A stretch of 61,825 bases of DNA, counting the filler, from Choristocarpus tenellus KU-1152 (taxonomy: Eukaryota > Protista > Phaeophyceae), in the NCBI GenBank assembly GCA_964200185.2. It is 13 parts of 13 records of this genome, joined end to end, with 100 filler letters (N's around TTAATTAATTAA, not from the genome) between each part and the next. Parts side by side here need not be neighbours in the genome. Positions count along the whole stretch, not along the records: positions 49,952 to 54,409 come from CAXNAD020014455.1; positions 54,510 to 57,313 come from CAXNAD020024608.1; positions 57,414 to 61,825 come from CAXNAD020014678.1; 10 more parts are not named here. One strand, 5' to 3'. Of the stretch, positions 50,513 to 61,825 are shown in pieces. Position 1 is the stretch's first letter. Each line of letters begins with the position of its first letter. Under the pieces are notes generated by a model that worked only from the letters and a program-made list of their open reading frames with translations, was not told the DNA's origin and searched no databases. Both the position numbers and the translations under genes were made by a program.

Positions 50513-52047
50513 CTGAAACTCTGGAAGGGGTGTGGTGGCATAGCGTGGCTGGTTGAGGCGCTTCATGACCATTGACACTGATTGATACCAACTATCAATG
50601 TCTGGTCGGTTCATGGGGCCCTGGCGGAGTACAGGAGGACCAAAGGCAGGGTCTTCATCCAGCCTTCGTACAATATCAAGGCTCTCTGCCATTACCTATC
50701 AGGTGTTTTCAGTGACAAGTAGGGAAGGAACACCACCACTACACTATATTATTACTGTTGGGCAAAAAGGAGGCACAAAAAAGGTGTCTTCATTTCATTT
50801 CGTGACATGTGAACCGCAGAGCACAAAAATATATCCATTATTGTCAATCTGGAGGGTCCCACACAAGAACTTGGTCACAAATACCGTAATATCCAGGCTT
50901 AAACTCGACACTTGATTGGCATGGTGAGGGTCATTGGGGAATTGGCGTCATTACCCTTGACAGAGCTCAATTCGCCATGCCCCTGATAACGCTTGAAAAT
51001 ACATGAGTACAACTGCGGTATGCACTACTGAAACGGCTGAGCGGCTAGGGTTAACATAATGACTCGATCTGTTATTACCATTGTGCGTAATTGGAATCGG
51101 CGAGTGCTTGGTACCCTCTCCAAGAACCTTCTGGAAGAATAGCAAGGGAGGATCAACCCATCTATCTGATACGACCTAACATCGATATACTATCAAAGGA
51201 TCAAACGCAACCAGGTGGAAGTAGAGGAGCTTCAGCAGTTTGTTTTGCTTTTTCTCTATCCTAATAGAAATGCAACCTCTCGCACCTTCTTGCATTTGCG
51301 ACCTACTCATTTCTTTGTATTGAAATTTAGTAATAGGTCAGGCAAAGTCTGGAGTGATAAGCACTCTCTGGCAGTGTACCAAAAACAGGACCAAACATAC
51401 GTGTTGACCGCCAGCAATTGTTTCTGATCCCACAATCAAGATTTTTTTACAGATGCCCTCATATTTTGCCAATTTTTTGTCCAGTTGGCGACTCAGTACC
51501 CAACGCATCACGTTGATGTGCTGCTTTGTACCTTCGCAGCAAGAGAGCACACACAAGTATGTATCCATGCACGTATAGCAGGGAAATTTACAAAGGGGCT
51601 CCCAATGTCTGTCCGAATATGAACGAGCTACAGCACTTCTATCTACTTGCAAAGTCACACCAAGACAACCGATTATGCAGCACAATTCCATTCACAACGT
51701 GTTTTCACCTCTCACCGTACCTCATGATCATCTGATCCAGGACGTCCCAATTCCAGGATAGGAACGGCCTTCTTCCCGATCAAGCTCTCCGGAATTTCCG
51801 TGTTATCATTCGCGAGGTACACCAGTTCATGATCCAGACCCTTGCGGCCCAATATCATTCTGGCCCGGACACAATATGGACAGTGGTCATAGACATAGAG
51901 ACGAGGCTTGGGGTTTTCGATCACACCGACGGGCTTTGCCCCTTTAGGAAGTGGAGTGGCTGACATGGTGAGTGGGGTGCACACGAAACCTATAGTACAG
52001 TCAATGGATGCAAGCACGCTTATGAGCGCTAGAGTCAGGCTGTGCAT
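50513..52047 (-). CDS. grxB: Glutaredoxin 2 (GrxB, GST-like fold) with N-terminal targeting presequence; exons 52047-51721 and 50695-50513, 3' end missing
   Basis: LYVYDHCPYCVRARMILG, LANDN...P..LIGKKAVPIL, MAESLDIV, PR.....LPEF match E. coli-type Grx2 motifs. Confidence 0.9.
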
Positions 52048-53142
52048 CCCGTTTATCCTTGACTTGTACTGGGCTTCAAACATTTGACAGTGAGGTAAGT
52101 AGGAGATGGTAATGCGAAGAGAGTGTGGTGTATAAGATTCAGTATAAATCAATAATAGTTAAATTCCCTCACTACTCACTAACTTATGTCTCTACTACCA
52201 TACTATATTGTATTTTAAAATATAGTAGTAGGAGTAGTGTGAACATCGAACTAGTTACGTAGTATGTTGAACTGAAAATGTTACGTGTGTATATTTTATG
52301 AGTAAGATGGACCTAAGACGGTAATCCTTTCAAAGTGTTTGGAAACCTCGTAGAGTTGAGGTTGGTTTCCTGTCCAGACTAACGGGGGTACGATCTCTCT
52401 TTCTCCATAAGTCTCTCTAGCGCACTCTGCTCAGGCATCGACCCTGGTGGGTGTGTTGCATTAAAACTCTGGAACCCTAGCTGTTGGTCGGTATATATCA
52501 AGCCTTGAAAATGTTGACTGTTTATCTTGAAGATGTGCTTTCAAATCCTTACCTTACTTGTTACCCCCTTCATCCTAATATCGTATCCCCAGCCTCGCAA
52601 AAATGGTCGGTTTTGAAAGACATCAACAAATACGAGGCCATGTACAGTCATCACATTGATCCAACCCCACGTTAACGAATCATATCATGCTACTTGGAGT
52701 ACCGTCTTGCTATTCCTACCCAGAACCTAAGTCTTCCCCATACCTCTGGTAGGGGGAGGGGCACTTAATCCTGACCAACTGAGTTCTTCTGTGGACAGAA
52801 TACCAGAACATCTGTGACTGTAGGGCGAATGGCCTGCCGGACTAAACAGCTCACAAGTTCTCCCCAGGGACCGGTGACTACGAATCGAAAAAGGTCGGCA
52901 TTCATCACCAAAGAGGGTCCTTACAACAACGCGTGACTGAGAGTTGGTGATAGATAATATCTACGCGTGCTAAGAGGTGATAGCAACAAATTGCTTCCAG
53001 TTACTGCCCTCCTGGCGGGTGGCCGCCGTCGGGAGGGAGCAGAGGTGCAACAAGACAGTGGGCGTTCAGACGTTACCCATACGTTGCAACTGAGATCATG
53101 GTTGAGGTGGCACAGGAGGTTCAAAGCAGGGAGAGAGAGTCG

Positions 53143-54153
53143 ATGAAGCACTACGAATTAAACATACGACGGAAAGTAGTGCGTAGATCATCTTTTTTTC
53201 GACGTGTGTCTGGCAAATCTTGGGATGCTGTTGTGGGGGGGCTTTGGTTTCTCGTCGTGGGATGGACCCTTCAAGTGCTGGTGGGAGGAATAGGCATAGG
53301 GGTTTCCGCTGCATCTGCGCCAAAAGCTGTCTCTGCGCTTGTCATTGGTGGAAATTTCACTCTCAACGGAAAGAGCACAAACGTGGCACAGTATGATCCA
53401 GTGAGGTGAAAACTCCCTTCCCACCACTTCCACCCCATCCACCACCCCCTACTCTCTGTTTTTCATGACTCCCTCTTTACCTGTACAGCAGGGTGTATGT
53501 GAATGATGATGTTACCACAATTTGGGCGTTGTTGTACTATGAGAAAATATGGGAAGGGGAAGGAGGAGGAGATTGTGAGGAGTAGTGAGTGGTGAAATGT
53601 TTCCTAGTGAGGTATGGAAATGCATTTTTACCTGTTGGCCTGTCTGACAACACCAGGACCGGACTCCATCCAACTGTTGGCTGCATTTCCAGGAAACAGA
53701 GTAGGATGCACAAAGAGGGAATTGACAATCTGAGAAAAAAGGTGCCTGGGTGCTCCTCCCTTGCCTTAATCCTTTGTCCTGCCTACAATCTTGCGCCACC
53801 CTTGCACTTTCCCTCCCACTACTTATTTCCCTCCTCTTTGGTTCCCCCTATCCCGCTTTGTCCCCTCAAAAACCTTAGACCCCGATCCACACTGTTGCCC
53901 CAACTTCAGAGCCCACTACGATGAATTTCTCCTCAGCGCTTCCTCTGTTTCCATCTGCACTCCCAAATTCCCTTCTTCTCATCCCCACCCAAGCCTGCCC
54001 ACTAGTGCCCACATCTGTGTGGTTCGCCTCTCCAACTGAACTCCTGTTCCCTTCCCTTTGACTTCCTCACACGAACTGTGCCAAGGCCGAGGGGGGAGGG
54101 CAAGGTACAGGACAAACCCATCCCAATAGGCATAATAAGTACCATATACACAT

Positions 54154-54190
<37 letters not shown>

Positions 54191-54409
54191 TCTGTTGTTG
54201 TAGGTGTTGCTCTTCAGACCATGCAAGCCCTAACTCTCAGCATTGGAACATGCGGCCTCTACAATACCCCCTTGATGTGACTTGTTGTGCTGTGCTGTGT
54301 CAACCTGCAGCCGGAGCTGGTACACACGCTTTGAGCCCAAACTGTACCTGTATGGAAAGGCTGCGGGTGAGGTGTCAGACCTCGCCGTGTGGCATGACAA
54401 AAGCAGCCC
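53143..54409 (+). CDS. Secreted/membrane beta-propeller protein, Rax2-like (5' partial); exons 53143-53405 and 54311->54409
   Basis: Hydrophobic segment then LVIGGNFTLNG...NVAQYDPV|SRSW...GEVSDLAV; GT-AG in phase. Confidence 0.6.
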
Positions 54410-54659
54410 NNNNNNNNNNNNNNNNNNNNNNNNNNNNNNNNNNNNNNNNNNNNTTAATTAATTAANNNNNNNNNNNNNNNNNNNNNNNNNNNNNNNNNNN
54501 NNNNNNNNNCCCCCCCTACGCACAAATTCGACCTCTGCTTGCCACTGGCGACATCATCCACAACACATACACCCCTTGCTCATATATGCAACAAACACTC
54601 AATATGTACTGTTCGAACGTATGTTACGTCTGTCACTCCCTTCACGCTGACAACACGCG

Positions 54660-55510
54660 CAGCGTCAAGATAACACATACGCACTTATGAAATGACTGCA
54701 CAGATAGTCCACACACACTTACATCTATCGCCACCTATTTGATGCAAGTCCGCCAATCGGTAAACTCGCGCAAAACTTCAAGTTCTTCTTTTCTTTCCAC
54801 CGTCAACGTCGACCATATACACATCGCTTGTTGCAGGAATACATACCACATACATTACATGCATGATTCTCCCTGCACTCTGGACCTGACCCCTCCTTGC
54901 CACTCCCATCAGTCTCGACCCTCTCACCCCTCCACAACCCATAAACGCTAAACACGCAATAGATATCGTCGACCCATTATGTCACATCCGTGCTTCCCCT
55001 CCCGTCGACGCCACGAATCACATGATAATCGCACATACGCATTTACCAATCGACCGCACACTGTCCGAGCACACTTGCAACCATCGTCCTCGATTTAGAA
55101 CGAGTCTGCCAATCGGTAAACCAACCCGAAACTCCAAGTTATTGTTTTCTTCCACGTAACAACGTCGGCCATATATCCTTCGCTTGCTGCAAGAATATAT
55201 ACCAAATGTACAACGTGCATGATTTTCCCCATTCACAATAATTAATCCCTGTTTGCAACTCGCGACTGTCTACACCTTCACACCTCTTGCCAACCCATAT
55301 ATTCCACCAAGGTATTAGATTTCGTCGGCCCATTATGTAACATCCGTGCCTTCCCTTCATGCCTACACTACGAATCACATGATGACCACACATACGCACT
55401 TCCTAATCGACCACTCAAAGTCCGTGCTCACTTGCAATCATCGTCCTCTAATTCTCCGTTGTCTACCAATCGGCAAACTAACACAAACCTTCAAGTTTTG
55501 GGTTTCATCA
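54660..55510 (+). repeat. Degenerate tandem array, ~356 bp x ~2.5
   Basis: cacatacgca, ccaatcgg.aaac and caagtt recur at ~54674/55030/55388 and ~54752/55109/55466. Confidence 0.85.
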
Positions 55511-55730
55511 CACACTGCCATCTGCCACTACCAAACCCTCGTTACAGGAATAGGTAGCTCAACTATTTACAATCGAACGCCATAACAGCAAATCGGTCAC
55601 AGCACACTGCCTCAGTGCCGACACTGACTCCAACACGTACCACCCCTCCCCTTATACGCACAATCACCACAAACCTTAGCATTGGACGGACAGGGACGGC
55701 AGACAGCACAGTAACACCTGTACGAAACTT

Positions 55731-56940
55731 CTATACATCGACACGTTCCGCACACAGGAGATAGTCCACCTTTCGTCTTACAAGATCGACCGTGCGGGAC
55801 GACATGACCCACGTGTTCTGAACCTCAGTGGAATCAAGTCCATGCACAGGTTCTTCACTGGTCAGCTCACCACCGGAGACTCCCGTATATTGATATACAC
55901 CGAACTGTCGTGCTACTGCACGAACTGTTCCATCAACAACCTCGCCCAATGCAGGTGACAACTAACCCACGTGCCCCCACTTAAGGAGATAAACCTCGGA
56001 TTTTCCACAGAAGCGGGAACGGTTGATATGTGTCTGGGAAGTCAGCTGTCGAGGGAGAAGAGACAACTCGCCGAGGGGAACATATGCATTGTGTGGACGC
56101 AGCCATCGGAGTAGCATGGCATAGAGTTCTTGCCGTTCACTATCCACCGCAAGGACATGATTCAATGGAACGCCAGACACCACTCCAGCTACGGAGGGAT
56201 ATTCAGTGCTGGAGATGAGATCGTCTTTGTCACTGAAGACTTCGAGGTGCTGAGTGCTAGCTTTGTTGATGGCGTACCAACTATTCACATGTCACGGACG
56301 GACAAGGTGAGTTACGCCTCTTATTGCTTCTAACAAAAACAATCCCCCACACAAATGAATCCACGCTGTCCATTACAGATGTCACATACCCCCCTACATC
56401 CCCTCCGACTAACATAGATTCCTCCAATAACGTCCAATCCTGACATCCAAACCAGTGTCATTTTGTTCTCCCAATCTGCAACCGCCACTGACACACCTTT
56501 CAAATTCTTTTATCGCAACTTACACAGGGCAAACAAGCGCGTCCCATACGTTCATTTCGCTGCCAAAGTATATCCTCTATCATACATAAACTATCCGTTC
56601 CTCAAAAAACCAACCTCCAACACCCCTACACAGCCAAACCAGGCCATCACGTGCAAACATATTCCAATAGTCCCACACACCAACACAGCCCCCGTAACGA
56701 GCATGTCTGTGGTGATGCAGGACGCACAACTGGGTCCCCGCGTCGTTCCCCTTCAGGCTACCATCATCCCAGACTTCATGGACATCGACCACAACCACCT
56801 GGACAACACATTGACGATCCTGCCTGATCAATACCAGAGGTTCACCTCGGAATCCAACCGGCAATCTCTCGGTGGGATACCTGCTCGCTTCTCTAGGCAA
56901 CTCAGACTTGGGGACACGTCAGATGCTGTTCGTAGATAGT
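55731..56940 (-). pseudogene. Disrupted ORF of unknown family, possibly a DNA-transposon gene 3' end
   Basis: ORFs 55962-56288 and 55731-55961 are in frame across one stop; an upstream exon-like ORF at 56580-56900; lies next to a tandem array. Confidence 0.35.
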
Positions 56941-59116
56941 GCTGCTGATACACTATAGACACCATCGGTGGAGTAGATTAGGAAAGATAAACACCACCAG
57001 TGGGATAATGGAATAATGGAGTAAAGGAATAATGGGATAAAGGGATAATGGAATAAAGGAGTAATGAGGGAAAAGTATTGACAGATAAATGTTTCGGTGT
57101 ATCTTAGTTGAAGTCTGCACTAACCATATATGATGCAGTGACTGTATTCTTTTCTGATTATCCATGTGGACGTTGCAAATCCCACATGGTAGGCTGCACT
57201 GGTCTTACCTACCTTGTCGGTCATTGGAGTAGAGACCACAAAGGCCCTTGTAATATTAACATTGTTCATCTACATCAAGCTATACTTTGTCCTTCATTAA
57301 AGCACCATAAAAGNNNNNNNNNNNNNNNNNNNNNNNNNNNNNNNNNNNNNNNNNNNNTTAATTAATTAANNNNNNNNNNNNNNNNNNNNNNNNNNNNNNN
57401 NNNNNNNNNNNNNCCTGGTGCAACCCAAATAAGTGACCCCCTCCTCTGTCCTATGCCAACAAAAACACAGGAAATGACAGACAGGAGGGATGATGATGGA
57501 TATCATGGTAACCACACCCTTACTCGATTCACACTCTGTACAACAACAACAACAATAACGGAGAGGGGTTCCTGGCATGCATTTACACCAACACTAATGC
57601 AGAATAAAAAAACTTAAAAGCACACCCTTCCCAAATGAAGGGGTGTAACTTGGGGAAGGCATGAGTTTAAGGCAATGGGTGGAGGGCCAACCCAAGCCGC
57701 CGCTATCAATACTCCTGTGTGCCATGCTAGCTCACACAGCTCCCAGTGCATATTATGCAGCATACTACTTGAGCACAAAAAGAATGAGTCCACCTCGAAA
57801 CCGAGGAAAACAGGTTTCCGTTTCTAGGTAACCACAGAACAAGTGAAGAATTTGTGATGTCAAGACAGTTATTGCCACCACTACATGTGTCCCCTAAGCG
57901 AGCACGCTGTAGCACTGTGCATCAATCGTCCCCTTGTTTCCAAAAGCCAGTCACTGTCACCTCAACAAAGTTGGGGCCAGCACCATTACCAATAGCATAT
58001 CAAGTAGCTACATTTTCACCATTTGATTCTCCTTCTGTGCGGTCATGCTGTGAGTCCTCCATCCAACTTCCAATCTACTCCCCACCCGTACCTGTAGAGG
58101 TCATCTAGGGTTTGCGCCAGAGTGTCTGCCTCCACATGTTCGCGATGCTGTGGAAAAAACAGAATAGGAGGGGGAAGTGACGGGATATTCCACAACCGGA
58201 AAACATCAATGTGGTGATAATTGTTGGGGAGAACGGGGAGGCGCCAAGTTCTTGAGAGGAGACTTTGAGAATGGTGTATGGAAAAGTTAAAAGTTTCAAG
58301 CAGTCAATCAAAACACTTGCATACAAAAATACGTAAAAGTGTAAAAAAACGCTGTTCGTCTCAGCATGACAGCACAACAATTCCTGGACGAGCTGGTGAC
58401 TCATGTGGTGGGGGGGTTAGGCGGGCTGTGGTTCTTAGAAGGAAGGGAGCAGTTAAGGCGCGCCTGCAACAGATCGTGTCCGTCACAGCACATGTGGGGA
58501 TTTCAAGGTGGGACATGCATCTTGAGGTAGAGACTCTGGGCTGGTAGGCATTGTGGGGCTTGACGGACTTGTGGGGCTCTCCCCTTATTTCTACACTGCT
58601 CCTTTGTAGTGCCAGTGTAGCAGCAATTTCAGCCCTTTGTGTGTCATCATAGGTTTCTTCTTCACTTCCAGACAAAACAAATTCACCAGTACATAGCTTC
58701 CTAGCATGGATGGAAGGGGTTTCTTGTTTTGAAATATTTTACTACAACTACGGTTGGTCTTGCCAAGAGGCCATTGCTGCAATCAAAACAGACTCTGATG
58801 TTGTGCTCTGGTTGTGTTCTCTGCTCTGCATGTTGGATCTTGTTCCCTCCAGAACAGCACCTGCAAAATGTCAGTGGGAATTATAGCATGTACTGTATCC
58901 CGAGCACCTGCCAAAGCCCGAAAACCCAAAGAACACACCCAAATCACCCCAGTCATAAAAGACCAAAGCTCACAGGGTTGCTACTTGTTTGGGACAATTT
59001 TCTCCTATCCAGACCGACAAAACGCCCTCAAAGGAGTAAGAGAACCCACCCCCCTGAGTCCTCTCGCTATTTTATGCACACCAGAAGATGATGGCAGTAA
59101 CGATAGTTTCATCCAC

Positions 59117-61549
59117 CTTGTTGTAGAGGGCCAGGGCAATCCGAGCATCCTCTATCGAGTCATGAGTCTCTCCTTGGATGTGCGTCCCCAGAAGATAGTG
59201 TGCTAGGAATCTTAGAGATACCTTCCGCTGCCCAGGTAGGGACCAAAGGTTGACGGTATCAATCACCTTTTACACCAGGTGGGGGTGACAGAGGTTGTGT
59301 GAGGTGATGAGCAATGGTGTAGGTGGGGAGCAAGGGAGCTTCAGCCAAGGGTAGCAAAATGGGCATGGGAGGGCATCCCCACATGTAGTAGCGGCCACTA
59401 CACAATTCATATACACTTGAGGGGTGCTTTGTGCAAGGTCAGAGGTAACGGCCAGAGGTAACTTTGGAGTGCAAAAACCAATCGAAAGCTGCAACCCTAC
59501 GCATCGCTGAAGATTCGAAATTAAGGGTTTGATTCGACCCCAGAGAGTCTCTCTGCAAGATGGACCACATACACGTCTCGACATCACGCATACAGTACCC
59601 TAGTCATCTCACCCCAGACGGTTCAAACCGGAGGACTTGGATAAAATACTAAGGGTTTGAGGAAGTGACGATCGTGAAGCAATCAACTAACTCCATTCAA
59701 TACATCAAACAAAAAACGATCAAAAATTGCCGACGATGATACATGTAAACGGTCTTATTTATTCAATGGAATACGACACCCTCTCTTAGTGTCCCGTTGG
59801 CCTGCTCACCTGGTCTTGAGGCACAGTGAGGTTGAACATGCGGAAGTCTTTGCTAAGACCATGGCCAAGAAAGATGCAACCACTGTCTGCCAGCCAGCGT
59901 AGCTTGAGGTACACGGTACGGAGGTGATGCAAGTTGTGGACCGACAATCCTGGGTCGAGGTCACCTGTTGATTGTGTATGTATGTGTTCATGTGTGTGTT
60001 GGTGGGCCATTTATGAAGGTAAACAGGAGGAGAGGAAGGGGTGACCAAATAAGGGCAAGGGGATCAGGGGTGGGAAGGGATACGAGCTCAAGATAAGCAA
60101 AGAACGAGGGATGGGATCATCCCTGGAATTGAGTGCCTGGCCTCAAAATTTGTGCTCAGACACAAAACATGCTTAGGAAACACAACACAATAGATAGATG
60201 TGTCCCTACTTGTTTTGAGTTGATTTCTGAGGGTACCCCATGGATGCATATATATATATATATAATTTTAAATAATAAAAAGAAAACTCCTGGGTGGCCT
60301 CCACTGGTCAACCCTAACCCTATTATCAAGAAAGTTCATCGCCCCCTAGCACACCAACTCAAGTTGCGAAGTGGTTGCAGTCAAAAGGCCAAGCAAAGAT
60401 GGTGAACTCCCTATTGATTCAATTCTCATATGCACCTGCCTTCAGGTCTGCTAAAAACCTCAAAAATTCGACCAGCCACTCGCCCCACACCCCAGCCATG
60501 TAAGAAGGCAAACCATCTAAAATAACAACTGAAACGTCCTTCTCCTTGTTATCATCCCCCCGCCCACCAGAGGTAATCCCGCTGAAGCGTGTGAGATGGT
60601 CCACCACTGGCTCTGACTGCAACACGTAGTCATCAATAATCACCGCATCGAATCGACCGTCTACGGCGGAGACCCTCGCCAGACCTTGTCTTCCCGACTT
60701 GGTCACCACCTTGAAGCCATCCTTTCGGAGACGCGACTCTTCCACCTTGTTGGAGGCGTGTTACGGAATTAGGGTTAGGGTTAGGGTTAGGTTTAACTTG
60801 GCTCCGAAGGAGGAGCAGTCAACAACAAAGGTAAATCTAGGGTTAGGGCATGCACGCTTTTGCTGTCTTGTGCTACATTACTACCTTGTCAAGGGGGGGG
60901 GAGGGGGAGGAGGAGGAGGAGGAGGAGGAGGAGGAGGAGGAGGAGGAGGAGGAGGAGGAGGAGGAGGCATGCATTCAAGGTGGCAAGACGCTGTGTGTCA
61001 TCAAGAGCATGCATGTATGTACAGATGTGTCATCTACTTCGAGAGTCCAAGAGCATGCAAAGCAAGCAGGAGGGAGGTGGTAGTCTCAGCAGGGTAAAAA
61101 ATCATGGACTATGCAGAAAACGCTGAGATTGCTTTGAAGTATGATACCGCCAACCACTTCTAAGTGTTGGTATTGTGTTGGCAATAACGGCGCACAAGAA
61201 GTATTCCCTGCGCAGGGAGTTCCTATAGAGGCAGGGCTGGGCTGAGCTTCCTATTGGTCAACCCACAAAAGAAAGGGATAGGGCTAAGGCGAGAGCACAA
61301 GTGGGACGGTAATTGTTTTGGACAGGGATTGGTCAAGATCAAGAGGAAAGGGGGCATAACATTGGCAGGAGGAGTCATTCAGGAGGTTGGGGGCTGGAAG
61401 GGTGATAACCAAGTATACAACTAGGGCATCTTGCTGTTGAAGTATTTCACCTCAAGAGCCACGAACTCCGCGTCAATGGCGACAATGTCTCCCTTGCCCG
61501 GGAGCTCTTCTGGGGGCAGGTGCACCACTCTGGAGTGGATACCACGGAG
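59117..61549 (-). CDS. PAN2: PAN2 deadenylase, DEDDh exonuclease exons (61549-61451, 60745-60568, 59964-59810, 59266-59117); partial
   Basis: [22 protein letters not shown]...[53 protein letters not shown]. Confidence 0.95.
60904..60967 (+). repeat. (GAG)n microsatellite in a PAN2 intron
   Basis: Direct observation. Confidence 0.95.
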
Positions 61550-61825
61550 CTGAATTTGACAGTTACACCACAAGGATAAATAAACACACCCGCGAAGGGA
61601 GAACAGAGGATTAGGGGGTGAAACGCGTCCGGGACAAGGGGAGGGGGGCTCAGTCATGGGCACGGCAGGGGAAATTATTGGTGTTGCAATCCAAACAACT
61701 CAATACAATAGCAGAACGACTTGGAATGTGATCTAGAGGCCTGCAAGCTGATGAGCTCATACTCTTGTTCGAGATACTGAAATACAGTAGAACATTCCAG
61801 CACTGGGGGTGGGGGGAGTTCTGGG

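Noticed and set aside
58105-59100. Final PAN2 exon
   Set aside because: No in-phase exon with PAN2 C-terminal similarity was recognisable; it is probably off-contig or too diverged
60699-61126. Poly-Gly/Glu/Arg ORFs
   Set aside because: They are translations of a (GAG)n microsatellite antisense in a PAN2 intron

Overview
This window is not contiguous. It is 13 short eukaryotic contigs joined by artificial spacers (N-run + TTAATTAATTAA + N-run), so adjacency across spacers means nothing. GT-AG introns, scattered TTAGGG repeats, signal-peptide-bearing proteins that may be plastid-targeted, and a flagellar PF16 gene suggest a flagellated photosynthetic stramenopile, plausibly a brown alga or relative (inference). 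Host genes seen: PF16/SPAG6 3' exons, a SCAR/WAVE-like VCA protein, a divergent TBP with a long C-terminal tail, RPB10, a GrxB-type glutaredoxin 2, a Rax2-like beta-propeller start, PAN2 exonuclease exons and two hypothetical genes. Most of the rest is decayed transposon material: Gypsy and Copia pol, a plant-type mariner transposase, two SINE-like families, and MITE families. MITE families A and B share an AAAGTATCT TIR core. The most unusual signals are an intron-containing ParB/Srx-like gene (GNHR motif) beside MITEs and a 210-bp tandem array; telomere-repeat micro-insertions, one of which can be seen inside a MITE TIR; and the multi-family MITE system with mixed 3- and 4-bp target-site duplications.
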